A stretch of 63,299 nt of DNA, the filler included, from Dirinaria sp. TL-2023a (lineage: Eukaryota): NCBI GenBank assembly GCA_051941275.1. It is 7 parts of 7 records of this genome, joined end to end, with 100 filler letters (N's around TTAATTAATTAA, not from the genome) between each part and the next. Parts side by side here need not be neighbours in the genome. Positions count along the whole stretch, not along the records: positions 36,248 to 45,200 come from JAVEBF010001117.1; positions 45,301 to 54,251 come from JAVEBF010001118.1; 5 more parts are not named here. One strand, given 5' to 3'. The notes beneath the pieces were generated by a model. The model was not told the DNA's origin. It searched no databases and saw only the letters and a list, made by a program, of their open reading frames with translations. A program made the position numbers and the translations under genes. This document shows positions 38,405 through 50,504 of the stretch, piece after piece; position 1 is the first letter of the stretch; each line of letters starts with the position of its first letter.

Positions 38405-39473
38405 ATGGAGATCGCGGACAACGATGCTCCACCAATCTTCAATGCAGTCTCAAACTCAACAAGACAGCTCTACCTGCTGCTCCGCTGCATCAGCTTTGCA
38501 CCCAAGGCCGAAGTGCAAATCCGAAAGGAGGGTCTGCGCTTTGCGGTCGAAGAGTCTCGAGTGATGCAAGGTGATGCTGCACTTCAAGAACCCCAGTAAA
38601 CCTTCAACTGACCTAATGGCAGGTCTAGTATTCCTACGCAAAGATCTGTTCACAAGCTACGTGTACAATGCACCACCACCTCACGAGACTGATCAAGAGA
38701 CCGAAGAAGAAGAAGAGGACACAAGCCCGACATTCCAAATCTCCCTCTCATCGCTCCTCGAAACCCTACAAATCTTCGGCGTGAACGAGACCAAAGACCG
38801 CTGGGCCAGCCGCGACACTCCGTACGGGGGGGACGCGAGCCGGGCGTTCGAAAACCGCGTGCTAGGAATGACAGGCGTGTGCCGGATCAGCTACACGGCC
38901 GAAGGCGACCCACTGTGCATCGTGCTCGAAGAAAGCGGAGTCACGACGACGTGCGAGCTGGTGACGTACGAGCCCGAGGACCGGGACGACATCCCGCTGC
39001 AGCGCGACGCGCTGGCCCAGAAAATCATCATGCGCGCCAGCTGGCTGCACGACGCCATCACCGAGCTCGCCTCCACCTCCCCGACACGCTTGACCATCGT
39101 CGCGGCGCCCACCGCCCCCTTCTTCACCCTGTCCTCCACCGGCCCGCTCGGATCCGCGACGGTCGAGTTCACCAACGATCCCCAGCTGCTCGAGACTTTC
39201 CACGTGCCCAAGCGGACGGCGAATACGTACAAGTTCTCGCTCGTGAAGGGCGCCAGCAGGGCCATGGCTGTGGCTAGTAAAGTCAGCATCCGAAGCGATG
39301 AGCAAGGCGTCCTGAGCCTGCAGTTCATGATCGAGGTTCAGGATGGCGGGGTCAGTTTTGTCGATTTCCGCTTTGTGCCGTATATTGATGAGGAAGGTGA
39401 GGGTGATGAAGAAGAGGATGATGGAGAAGGCGATGACGATGGGGATGGTGATGGTAGCGATGCTTTCGATTAA
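38405..39473 (+). CDS. rad1: 9-1-1 checkpoint clamp subunit Rad1 (S. pombe Rad1 / U. maydis Rec1 / S. cerevisiae Rad17 family)
   Basis: PIFNAVSNSTRQLYLLLRCISF, GLRFAVEESRVMQ/GLVFL, LLETLQIFG, TTTCELVTY, KIIMRASWL, SKVSIRSDEQGVLSLQFM and VDFRFVP, with an acidic tail. One intron at about 38571-38622. Confidence 0.93.
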
Positions 39474-40220
39474 GCCCCCGGGGGGTTAGGGAATATTCTC
39501 TTATTGTAAATGTAGACATCGCGTCCATAATTTATTGGGCTACTAAACCATCCCAGCCCACGATCTATATCTCGCACAGCTGTCAGGTCATTCAGACAAC
39601 AAATTATCTTTAATACAATATAAACCACTTTTTCAAAAAACCCTTCCAAGCCATGAACATTTACCAACATAGATCGATATGTCGCCGTATATCAAATACA
39701 CAACTAATATCACAATCCTCTTTAAAAAATCCATGATTCTTTTTTTCGAACGAACGAGAAATCCTCTTGTTAAAAAGTGTCAATTACAAAACTAAGATAC
39801 ATACATATGTATGTATGATTTTACAGGGTTTCTAAGAGAAAAAAAAAAAAAAAAGCGATTTAGGAACCTGCTCTTCCTACTATACATCGGGGTTAGCTTG
39901 GAATGATGAAGTAAAAATACTTTAGATATGTATTGTATAGATTTTCTGTCCATGGCTGTCTTTTTGCTTATTCATGAATGTATGTATATTTTCAGATGTG
40001 TATGTGTGTGTATGCTAAAGTATGAGAACAAGTCGGTTCGTCGGACGGATACAGTCAATGGTCGTATTATTTCCTGAAAGCAGCCTCCTAGCCTCCATGT
40101 TTAAAGAAGAAGCAGAAAAGTAAAAGCATGAATGTCAAAAATTAAGCCGACTCCTTGCCTCATCGAAGGGCTTCTCGAGCATAAAAGCATAGCACCTAAC
40201 CCTCCAGACGGAGTTTTGGC

Positions 40221-41442
40221 TCAATTGCAAGACTCCCCACCGAACACGGCGCACGGGTTGCAGAACTCGCCACCCCATTCTGCGCACTCGTCAAACCACT
40301 CAAAACTACTTTCGAACACGTTCCCGACCTCCTCGGCGCACTGGCCGACGCCATAGACCGTCGGCGTGGCAGGGTCGATCGGTGTTTGAAAGCCTCCAGA
40401 GGCAATACCGTTCGGGCAAAGGTCCGGGTTGTTGTACTGGGCGATGCCCAGATTGTCCGTGCCGTAGACCACTTTGCACTTGCCGGACGGCCCGTATTCC
40501 CAGTACATGCAGTTCAGGGTGTCTGCGCACACCTGGCAGCAGTCGGCCTTGGACGAGAGAATAGGCGTCGGCAGAACAGTTCGGACGGCACGCGAGGGCG
40601 CTGCCGTTGCCCATTGATAGTGCATGAAGACGGAGGGTGCGCAGATGGCGGCGTACGTGACTACCGTCGATGCGCTGACGGTTTCTATGCTCGTGAAACG
40701 CTAAGATAAGTCAGTGAATTGCCTCATACTTCATTCAGCAGATGCTGGCAAGCTCAATTGCCACTTCATTTTGATAGAACGATGGAATGAGCACTTTAGA
40801 GTCCATCAAGACAGAGTATAACAAGATAGTGGCCAGCGCCTTGCGCTACTGCGGTGTTCTAATCGATACGTGTGAAAGTTACTTACAGTTGTGGCTAGAC
40901 CTGATGTTACAGTTGTTGTACTGGCTACCGTAGTGATCTGCGATGCAGCTGGCGAGAGACAACTGCATGCGCTTGAGATTCGAGTGGACATATACTGCGC
41001 TACGTACGAGGGCACACCCCCCAGAATAGTGGTTGTTGGTGCAGGTTGCGGAGTTGGATATGTGATGGGCGCAGGTGCATCGGGATTATCGTAGTACTCG
41101 TGCATGTTCGTGAAGGACGTAGCAGTAATCGTTGGGAAAGAGCCAAAGTATCTGGTCACGACCGGGACTGTGGTTGTAGTCTACAGAAGCGTGGATCAGA
41201 TGTGATTGGGTTATCTAACAAGAGCATGAACTAGGGCATACAGTATAGAGGTACTTGGTCGAGGTCGGGCCATGGCCGATGTAACTGCTGCAGAAAGGAT
41301 ACGAGTCCTTGGTACGAGTCGGGTTTTGCAAGGCTCGCAGCACATTGTCATTGACGCATACTGTACCGCTAGGTGTAAGTTCGACGGGAGTAGCACTGAT
41401 CAGAACGAGCAAGGCTGAGAGGATGAAAAGCGTAGAAGCCAT
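40221..41442 (-). CDS. Secreted Cys-rich, Thr-rich protein with C-terminal Apple/PAN-like module (3 exons)
   Basis: Signal peptide MASTLFILSALLVLISA; CVNDNVLRAL..PFCSSYI; Thr-rich stalk; PSYVAQY..RISSACSCL; CCQVC..NCMYWEY...C. Introns at about 41183-41241 and 40702-40885. Confidence 0.75.
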
Positions 41443-42820
41443 GGCACTGAGTCTTGCCTTCGATCAGTGCAGTAGGAGCCATAGCTTTATGCTTCCACCG
41501 CGCTGCGGCCCAGACGAGGGGACTCGATCTCATGAACCTGTATATTGTCCTGTTGGAGTGTAAAAAGGAATTTTGATACTATTGAAAGGATCCAGCCATA
41601 TGGATCTGCTTTTGGTGCTCTCAAGCGAAGCTGCACCAATTGCATTTGGCGAAAGTCGCCCGTTTATCTTGGCATTCCACATGAGGAAGACTGATGCCGC
41701 CTTCTGCACTCAACACTTACGACTCTACAACAGCTAAGGTAGCCATCCATCTGGCAGGTCTGGAAGGAAAGAAAAAACGGAGAAGGAGGTGTAAATAGAT
41801 TCGGGAAAGAGTGCAAAGGCAAAGCAAAGAGGTGTCACGATGAACTCCATCTAGGCCCGTGGAGAGCTTCGAGCCTCCTGTAAGCTTTAACGCTTTAGAG
41901 ACTCCCATCTGTCGTATGCTAGACTGTAGGAGAGCGCAAATAATATAGAGAATGCCTGACTTTTACCTTGGACTTGACCTGCAAGCTTATTGGTGGCTTT
42001 CACACTAGGTAGAATGGCCGGCACGGCAGGAGGTATGTTGAATACCTGCTCCCCTTCAAAAGACGAGCAGGAAGAGAATTGAATACCGAAGACTTTTGTT
42101 GAGTCAATTATGCCAGTACCTACTTGCAATCGAGTCTTGTGTTCAAATCGTGAGAGTCATTGGTATTCGTAAACACCCATTGACTAGCTGGAGAGAGAGC
42201 GTATCAGTAAAAGCCTACTGGCCAGTGCTACTCTGTTCGAAAATCCAGCTTTATTATGGTCAAATGCCATCACTAGCGTCTCAATCATGTATTTGATCAC
42301 AATGTTCAAGCTTATCCTGGCGGTGGCGATGGTGATTGCGTAAGGTAGGGAGGTAGGTAAGGTAATTTCTGTCTCAAGACCATATTGTGATTAGTAAGCA
42401 TGGACGGCATGCTGCCAAGCCTGCCATGCTCCTGTCTGTCTGCCTGAGAAGAAGGGGAGACATGACGCTTAACACACGCTAACCGTTTGGAGTGTCGGTT
42501 ACTCGGCCTATCCTGAATTCAAGCAGACCCTCCCATCACTGCTGGCTTCCACCCTCACCTTCACATCAATCGTTACTGATAACCACTGATGCTAAGACTC
42601 TCGTTGATGAATCCTCGGATCTGCTCTTAGCAGAACTTGGAAATAATAGACGAGAAGACCGCATTACATCACATTCGTTTCGCAGAGGACTGGGACGGTC
42701 TACTTGTCGCGATAAATGAAAGAGCCGACCATCAAGTGAACGCGGTACCAAAGATCAATTCGAGAGCCCACTCGAGACAACCCTGGGCCCTAGAAGCTCT
42801 GCTCTCTCTGACATATCAAC

Positions 42821-44113
42821 ATGTCCGGCCCAAGTACTCCGTCCCCTCAACCAAAACCCGACCGGCATCGACTGCCCACTCTTTTCGAAGTCCTTAGCCG
42901 ACAGACCTTAGCCCCAGTTGACCTCTTTTCTTTCTACATTTACATGCGAGACCAGCAGCGATCAGTTGACTATCTGGACTTCTGGTGGGATCTTGCTCCA
43001 GATCTGGTGCCTGTCACCAATTTGCTGACTTGGTATTCTAGGCTCGATGTCTCTCAGCACATGTCCCTCTGCCGCCACTATGTGCGCGAACTACGTCGCT
43101 CAGTCCTCATCGAAACACCCGAACTTGAAAAAACTGGGTCGAAGCGTTCATCATATGTTCTTGACCACCTCGGCGAGATGAATGACCCTTCAGGCCCGTC
43201 GACCAACCTCAATCAAGATGAGAAGCTCAAAGATCAGCATCTTTCGGCCTACCTTCGCCAACAGAGCAGCAGCAATGCTAACGGTCACCCAAACAACCAC
43301 TCCCCAAAGAGCAGCCTTGGGTCCCAGCAGTCCAACCTTCGAAGTTCCGGAGAACGACCATCGAATGCGACCGATAGGCCATCTGGAGGATATGGCGAGC
43401 GTCCACCGCGGGCAAGCTTCATGACCAATGGCTCACCCTACCGCACCGATTCCGAATCGCCGGCGCACACTGTAGCCAGAGCAGATATCAGGGCAAGTGC
43501 AGAGAAGATACTATACACCTTCTTGTTGCCTGGATCAGAGCGTGAGATCATCCTACCACAGGGCATTTTGCACGACATCACATCGTGTATCGAAGAAGAA
43601 TCGCGCGATGACCCCGAAGTCTTCGATGCAGCGAAAGACTACACCTTCCAAGCCATGGAGCGCGACGCGTTTCCAGGCTTCCTCCGTGCCAAAGCACTTG
43701 GCAACCTCGTACCACCAAGCTCATTTCTTCGCTTAGCGATCGGTCTCCTCGCAATGTTTGGTGGGTTCTGGGCGGCCTTCGCTTGTATACTGCTGGACAA
43801 GCCTAAGCACATTCGTTGCTGGGTATGTCAAATCGTGAATCCTATCCTTGATTGCTCCTTAGTAACACTCCCACAGCTTATCCTTCCCTTCACCGTTGGG
43901 GTCTATACCCTTTCGTCTCAACAATACAACATCGACCCCGTGCTCGCGCTCGCCGGCCTGAGCGAATATACATTCATGAACTGGTCTCGCATACGCGAAC
44001 CGTACGTGCGCTCGCTCCTCAACAAACGAGCACTGATGGTTCTCTTCTTCACCGTCTTACTCGGCGTGTGTCTCATCATCCTCTTCATCTTCGTGCCCGG
44101 CCACCGATTATAG
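42821..44113 (+). CDS. RAX1: Bud-site/polarity landmark protein Rax1 (RGS-like domain + 3 C-terminal TM segments)
   Basis: RLPTLFEVLSRQTLAPVDLFSFYIYMRDQQRSVDYLDFW/LDV, ASAEKILYTFLLPGSEREI, RDDPEVFDAAKDY and C-terminal VPGHRL. Introns at 42985-43041 and 43823-43876. Confidence 0.93.
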   Translation: MSGPSTPSPQPKPDRHRLPTLFEVLSRQTLAPVDLFSFYIYMRDQQRSVDYLDFWWDLAPDLVPVTNLLTWYSRLDVSQHMSLCRHYVRELRRSVLIETPELEKTGSKRSSYVLDHLGEMNDPSGPSTNLNQDEKLKDQHLSAYLRQQSSSNANGHPNNHSPKSSLGSQQSNLRSSGERPSNATDRPSGGYGERPPRASFMTNGSPYRTDSESPAHTVARADIRASAEKILYTFLLPGSEREIILPQGILHDITSCIEEESRDDPEVFDAAKDYTFQAMERDAFPGFLRAKALGNLVPPSSFLRLAIGLLAMFGGFWAAFACILLDKPKHIRCWVCQIVNPILDCSLVTLPQLILPFTVGVYTLSSQQYNIDPVLALAGLSEYTFMNWSRIREPYVRSLLNKRALMVLFFTVLLGVCLIILFIFVPGHRL

Positions 44114-45200
44114 CGTTTCGACTTTTCGACTTTTTCGTAATAGGGAACCGCGCCACAGCTTTTTTTCTCGTATGGATTCCATTGATTATTATGCTTTGCA
44201 AGGCGCTCAGGGTAATGGCGCCTAACAGTACAAGGTCAGGTAATTACAGATACCTTACCACATATCTCCTCGTCCACCGAGATGTGGACTCTGGTGGAAC
44301 ACGAGCAGGGAGAGAACTCGCGCGCGCAGCGATAGACCACACTTTCGTGCATCTATCCAGGGCGCATTGGATACGTTCCAAAAGGGGCGGAGCAGCGAAA
44401 GAAAGTACATAATTAGTTAGTTAGAAGAAAATATCCGCTTAAGTGGCCGCGCCGCCGGCGCCGGTATCGAGGTCTCCCCCCCCCAAAAAAGAAAAAAGCA
44501 GAAAGCGGCCTCTCCGATGTATCTATGACTTTTTCTTTTTCTTTTTCTTTTTTTTTTTTTTTTTTTTAATTACAAGAAACATCTCTTGTTAGCTGAGATA
44601 ATTTGAAATGGAAAAGATCTAAAGTAATGTATCTTTTACTGAAAGTATTTGAGCTTCGAGGGGGATTTCTGGTGTCGTAGACATCAGAACGGGTGCTTCC
44701 TTCCTATATTGTAGGTACTCTCCCGCTTTCTCTCCCGCCTTCTCTTCCAGCTCAGCCAGTAGTAAGAAAACAAGAACCATCTGATACACCAATGCCCCAT
44801 TTTCTTATCACCACCCCTCTTACATCGTCCAATATTCCGCTCTCTCCCAAATTTTCTCCCTTCGACGCATTTCAGTATCCTGCCAACCCCCTTTTTCCAT
44901 TTAACCGGGTATCATACATCTACATCTACATACTTCATGAACCTTAAAAAGGTTTTCACGAAACGAAGTCAGTACGTCTGTATATGTATCTAGATACATA
45001 GGTATTAACTAAAGTAGAGAGAAATTGAAGAAAGATTTTATCTTTCTCTTTCTCTCTCTCTGAACCGGGAAACAGGGTCCTATACTGGTATTTGGTAAAG
45101 AAATAAAGATGGTGTTGGACCGAAGTATCTAAGTAGAAAGTCCTTTTTCTATAGAAAAAAAAGGGAGCGGGGATATCCTCTTTTTTTTGGTTTTTTTTTA

Positions 45201-45300
45201 NNNNNNNNNNNNNNNNNNNNNNNNNNNNNNNNNNNNNNNNNNNNTTAATTAATTAANNNNNNNNNNNNNNNNNNNNNNNNNNNNNNNNNNNNNNNNNNNN
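45201..45300. other. Artificial contig spacer 5
   Basis: Same 44N-TTAATTAATTAA-44N block. Confidence 0.98.
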
Positions 45301-46419
45301 TTCATGCATTTCGCTGCCCGACCTTGCGCTTTGATATATTATTTGATTCAAACACACACATACATACACACACGTGGCGGTAGCCATAGAGTATCAAAAC
45401 TGCGCCTGCGTCCTCTATATATAAAGGCCTCGACAACCCCTCCACTCCTCCACCTTTCCATCGATTTCTAGCACCTTAATCGTATCCCCAAATTCGAAGC
45501 TATGGCCCCTGGAAGTTTTCACGAAGTATTCAACCAATAATGCGCGCTCCCAACGTTCGTGGATATTTCGCCACGAACGGTCTTTATTGTTAGGATAGTC
45601 TAGTGAGTTTGATATTGATTCGGAAAAGAGAAGGAGGATATGATTGCTTTCTTTTCCCTGTGCTGGCTCTGTCTGCTGATGGCGTTTCATTGGAATCGGG
45701 CTTAAGTCTTCGATGCAGAAACGTATTTCTGGTGGGTTTTAAACAAAGATTCAGTCGGTTACTAAGAGTCATAGACCATGCAGCGAGAAGTGGAATTGCA
45801 CGCAGCGTCCAAGATCTGGCTGCAGTCACATATTGCTACTCGAGTGGAGTGGAAAGCAAGGACAGGAAACGGCGCAAGACTGTATCTGCTGGAAACTTGA
45901 TTTGAGTCAGGATTGAATGCGACTTTGGTGAAAGGAATACTAATTGAGTTTCAGCATCATCAGTCCTTGGCTATTGAACGTTACCCATGACTTAATGTCG
46001 AAGAGACGGGCTTGCACAGTCCCTAAGCTCCCCGAGCTCCGGAGTCAGCCTCCTTGCTAGAGCGATCTTTGCATGACTGAAGATCCAAGACTGGTCATCC
46101 TTGGACCGATCAACGCAAGATAGAGTCTTACGGGAGTTTTCATTTCCATTTCATGACTGTGATCCATAAGTTTAGCCATGAGTCGATTTCTCGATTTCTG
46201 CATCAATCTTCTAGAATGATGGAGGCAGACTCACTCCTTCCCAACATAAAAATACTGCCAACCTCTGCTAGGCTTTGCTTTACTTCTTCTCTTCTACATC
46301 GCAAGAACAGTCTCCAAAGAATCAAAAGCAATCGAATCCATATCCTTAGGGTGCCTCAAAGATCATCAACGCCATTCCGGTCACCAATTTCGGAACGAAT
46401 CCTAACCCCGCTGCCGAAA

Positions 46420-46887
46420 ATGAGCAATTGTTTTACCTCGTTGGTGGTTTGCCACGCCGTCCTACTTGTGCACTATAAAAAGTACAGCTTTGAAGAAAAC
46501 TATGACATTCTCTGCCTCAACTTTGCAGAGATTACTCGCGAACGGCTTGGAGAAGTTGACGAGTACCTTGCTATAAGAAAACCAAATTTCAAGCAATGGC
46601 TCGAGGATGAGAAGGCTGATGGTGGCAATAATTCTGGCGTGATCTGGCTATATGAGTTCATGAAAGAAGGAGGTCTATCGCGGGGACCGCTGCCGGTGCA
46701 TCCACCTACCACCGAAGGTTTAGAAAAAACTCTCGCGGCTCTGATTGGGCTTAGTCGGAAATGGGCTGTGGGTAAAGGTCTCACAACCAAGCGTAGCTTC
46801 ACTCGGACAAGGAATGGCGACTATTATGGATACATTGGCAGCTCGGAGTATCCGTGGTATGACCATCCAGGAAATTCAGGGTACTGA
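46420..46887 (+). CDS. Orphan hypothetical protein (about 155 aa)
   Basis: Protein-like composition from the ATG at 46420 (MSNCFTSLVVCHAVLL...). The frame is open from 46153. No recognisable motif. Confidence 0.4.
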   Translation: MSNCFTSLVVCHAVLLVHYKKYSFEENYDILCLNFAEITRERLGEVDEYLAIRKPNFKQWLEDEKADGGNNSGVIWLYEFMKEGGLSRGPLPVHPPTTEGLEKTLAALIGLSRKWAVGKGLTTKRSFTRTRNGDYYGYIGSSEYPWYDHPGNSGY

Positions 46888-49041
46888 TTTCCATCATTAT
46901 TGTGGAAATGAACAGCCGGGTCCTGAGAGGACTGTGACTGGGGGCTCCAGCACCATGGGGCAGACGATGCTGAGTACTCTTTTGCATGCGTGTCTGTTTT
47001 GAGAGCCTGCTTTGCTTGCTCATGTTGGGAATCAAGGATTTGGAGGACATAAGACCAACCTTGGATTTGGAAGACTTGGTTCCTGGTTTGAGATTTAGAT
47101 CTGACGAGCATGTACTTTTTGTTAGCGATCATGCTGCAGGTCTTGTTTGCTTAGGCATGCTTTGATTCAATGCATCATTTTCGAAGACTGTCTCCGCACT
47201 GTAGAATGTCATCATATGGTGCAGTGTGATATCGCTTCAGTAGTCAGTGATTCTTTACTGACTGTGATTGTATGCTTGTACTCTACCACCAAGGTCAATC
47301 TTCGCAATTCTTACAGCGCTTAGTCTGAGCTGGGATAGCTCTTCCTTCCTGGCCCAACGACATTCTTGCGCAGGTTTAGCCTGCAGAACCTGCGTATCCT
47401 GTCCGGTTCATTCTGCAATCAGAAATCTTGCACAACCAATATTGTGTTGATTGAACACGATTTAGACGGATGACATGATCTCTCGAGCTCGTATGATGTC
47501 CTGTTGCGACGTTGATAAGCTTCGCATAGGCTATGGTTCTGTGAGCGGCGACTCTCATGTGGCTAGTTGGTTGCTTGGAGCTCACATATCCCAGCCTTTA
47601 TTACTATTAAATAAGAAGCTGTGTATGGCAATGAGTACAACAGCATTGGTATCGGTTGTCCCTCTAACTTCTGTTACGAAACTTTTGCACGTGGGCGTCT
47701 GTTTCCCATGCAATAAGTCGTAGGGACGATTTGACAGGGGTTTTCCTGAGTGTTTTCTTGATCTGGATGTCTGAGTCACCTCTGAAGAGACGAGGACAGC
47801 GCCACGTGTATTATGCCTGACGCGTGCGCAAAATGTATGAAGTGCATGATATGGCCTCGGAGCCTCCGGTCCCAAGTCGAATCTCGAAAAGCCATCATAT
47901 GTCGGCGAATTGCCTGGAAGGTACTGGACTAGGATGAAGGTGAGTACTCAGGTTTGAAAGGTTAGTTCGAAGTCCTTTTACTTTCTTTACCGCAAATGCA
48001 TGAAACCTGGCCGGCAAAATGGCCCTGCAGCATTTCTTGAAGCTCTAAGAACCCTTTACCATGTGCCACTCGTTCATAACCTGGACGGCCTTCGCAAGTT
48101 CCTAAATCTCTTTGATATGTCACACTCGAAAACATTCGAGGCCCTTCTTGAAGTGCATTTAGAAGTCGCCCGAGCAACTGAGCATCACCGTAGCTACCTA
48201 GAGACACCGTTGAGACCGATTGAGATTTCGAAATTGTTGTCGGCCGGCGCCGAAGTAGAAATTAGAAAATTAACATTTCGCTGGCAGTATCCTTTATCCC
48301 AAAGGATCTAAAGGAATCACAACTCCTACACCAAGTGAAACTTGATTGAGCACCGCGCCAGCGACTTGCTCTTGTCCTCAAAATTCCTTGATCCAAAATT
48401 ACTTAGTTTACAAGCAGTGAGCTGGCTGTGTGTGCTGTGATAGCTGCAGGGTTCAAAGCGGCGGCAACTCCGAAGTGGTGCTGTCCATTTCTTGGGTGAC
48501 CATGATGCCCTTTTGTATATCTGATGTGCATTTACTGCTGACACTGGGCTCATCTGGAAGAAATCGACTAGGAATACTATATCCATTTCCAAAGTAAAAA
48601 ACCTCCCTAGTAAGTGGAGTTCTCACTGACGCGGCTGATACAGGATACATACAACACGGGGACCGCATATTCAGATACGATGAGATGCGTAGTTTGAAAA
48701 GAGCTTACCTCCACGGAAACGCAATTGCATCAAAGATAGCTTTTTACGAGCTATTTCGGGTCGATACATTACTCTTCGCCAATCGCTCCCATACTAGGCC
48801 CGTAGCGAATCGATCGCTTACCGTCTACCATGATGCTTAGACTGCCATAGAGCCGATCTCTCTAGAATTCAGCATCCTCCTACACAGGTTAGAGCAGAAA
48901 GCCTGCTTTGGAAACGCCATCGAGGAATTAACAGAATGAGAATCGTGTTGGCATAACGAAGCGAAGTATTCATCGTCCGCACGTTCTGGCAAGGCACAGA
49001 AAATACCAGCCAAAACAGCATTGATAGGAAGTGAGTCTAAA

Positions 49042-50040
49042 TCACAAGCTTTTCCATGTCTCGAACTCCTGATTTAGATGCTCTTTAAGTCTTGCGAACT
49101 TGTTACCAAAGTTCCGTCCGCATCTCCAGCACAGCAGATCGCGGTCAAGGTAACCTTCTCTGCCAGGGTGCCTTCTCTTATCATTAGCGTCTAATGGGAA
49201 GTCCTCAATTGGAACAAAGAAGGAAGTCGCAAAGCTATTGTAATGTTTCCGATGCCGCATGCAGTCGCTCACCCGGTCCACTGAGATAACGTGGATGTGT
49301 AAATGATTCATTGACGGGCGGGCATGTACACCAACCAATATCTCCTTATTCCAGTCCCGACCTGGAGGCAGATCATGGTCTGACGGCATAGGTTCGTGGT
49401 CCATGGTTTCTTCTCTTGCTCTGTCCGATGCAGAGAATTTGCCGTATCTTCTTCGCAACTCTTTCGCAGCAAGTTCCCGCAGCTTCTTGACTTCTAGTTG
49501 TACTTCTCGGAGAAAATCGGGATCTGATAGCGCGTCGAACGGATGTAACAGGGTCTTCTCCATGGCTCTAGGTAAAAGGAGGAGATGCACTGAAGACTTG
49601 GGAAAGAGGTCGTTGATGGCCACAAATTTCTCCGAGTGCAGTATGACTCTATTAGTAGGGAAGGACTGTGGAGACGTTATATAGGCGCCCAATCCATCAC
49701 GACCAAGGTAAGTAGTTGCTGCTGTCGTTGGACGTCCCTGGGCTACTTTGTGGGAGGTTGTTGAGGGAGTCTTGTGTTTCTTCGAGGACATGAGAGTAGT
49801 AACTGTAGTATCATTTAATTTGTGCTTTAAGACTTGCATCCGATCATTAGAGGCAGTACATGCGTCGGCCTGCTTTGGAGCACGCGTTTGAGTCTGATTG
49901 AAGGCGACAGCAGTTCCTGACATTTCCGCTTCTGTGATTGCTTCCTGGCTATCCTCTGTGTAATGCGCCATAGCAGACAGGATTACTGAGCCTTTCGATC
50001 TAGATGCGTACTTCCTAAGTAGCGCAATGCTTTGGTGCAT
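49042..50040 (-). CDS. HNT3: Aprataxin-like DNA 5'-AMP hydrolase (HIT + C2HE zinc finger)
   Basis: GRDGLGAYI, INDLFPKSSVHLLLLPR, GVHARPSMNHLHIHVIS (HIT), KHYNSF and CWRCGRNFGNKFARLKEHLNQE. In-frame ATGs at 50040 and 49971. Confidence 0.93.
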   Translation of the reverse strand: MHQSIALLRKYASRSKGSVILSAMAHYTEDSQEAITEAEMSGTAVAFNQTQTRAPKQADACTASNDRMQVLKHKLNDTTVTTLMSSKKHKTPSTTSHKVAQGRPTTAATTYLGRDGLGAYITSPQSFPTNRVILHSEKFVAINDLFPKSSVHLLLLPRAMEKTLLHPFDALSDPDFLREVQLEVKKLRELAAKELRRRYGKFSASDRAREETMDHEPMPSDHDLPPGRDWNKEILVGVHARPSMNHLHIHVISVDRVSDCMRHRKHYNSFATSFFVPIEDFPLDANDKRRHPGREGYLDRDLLCWRCGRNFGNKFARLKEHLNQEFETWKSL

Positions 50041-50504
50041 CAGAAAAGTAATAATATAAGGTACATAGGTAGGGAAGCCTAAGGCTAAGAGATTGATGCA
50101 CTCTAGCCCTAATCATATACCCTAAGCACTAAGTAGGCAAGTGCCTACCTTAGGTAGGTACCTACTTCACTTTATGCTAATCACATTGGAAAAGCGCGAT
50201 TGAGAGGCCCCATTAATTCAGATAAGGCCAATACTAGCTAGGGAAAGCACACTTCCGTCGATAGCATTGTAGCAACGTGTTCAAATAGAGATGTTGCATG
50301 GTCTTAAGAGTCTCCAAGCGCTCCTGTTCAAAGGCAGAAGCCTCTTATGAACGCACAAATAAAGCGGAAATTTTCTAGCCTCAGCAGGGGCTTTTGAGTA
50401 CATTAGATGCATTACTATAATACAGATCTGATTCAGAGTTGAGGCCAGATTTCTTTAATCTCAAAAATTGGTATAGTACCCTCCACAGTTTTAACCTTAT
50501 ATAT

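Noticed and set aside
33384..39473. Apparent DNA-repair/chromatin cluster EME1-ELC1-GCN5-rad1
   Set aside because: The spacer at 36148-36247 separates EME1/ELC1 from GCN5/rad1, so the adjacency is artificial.
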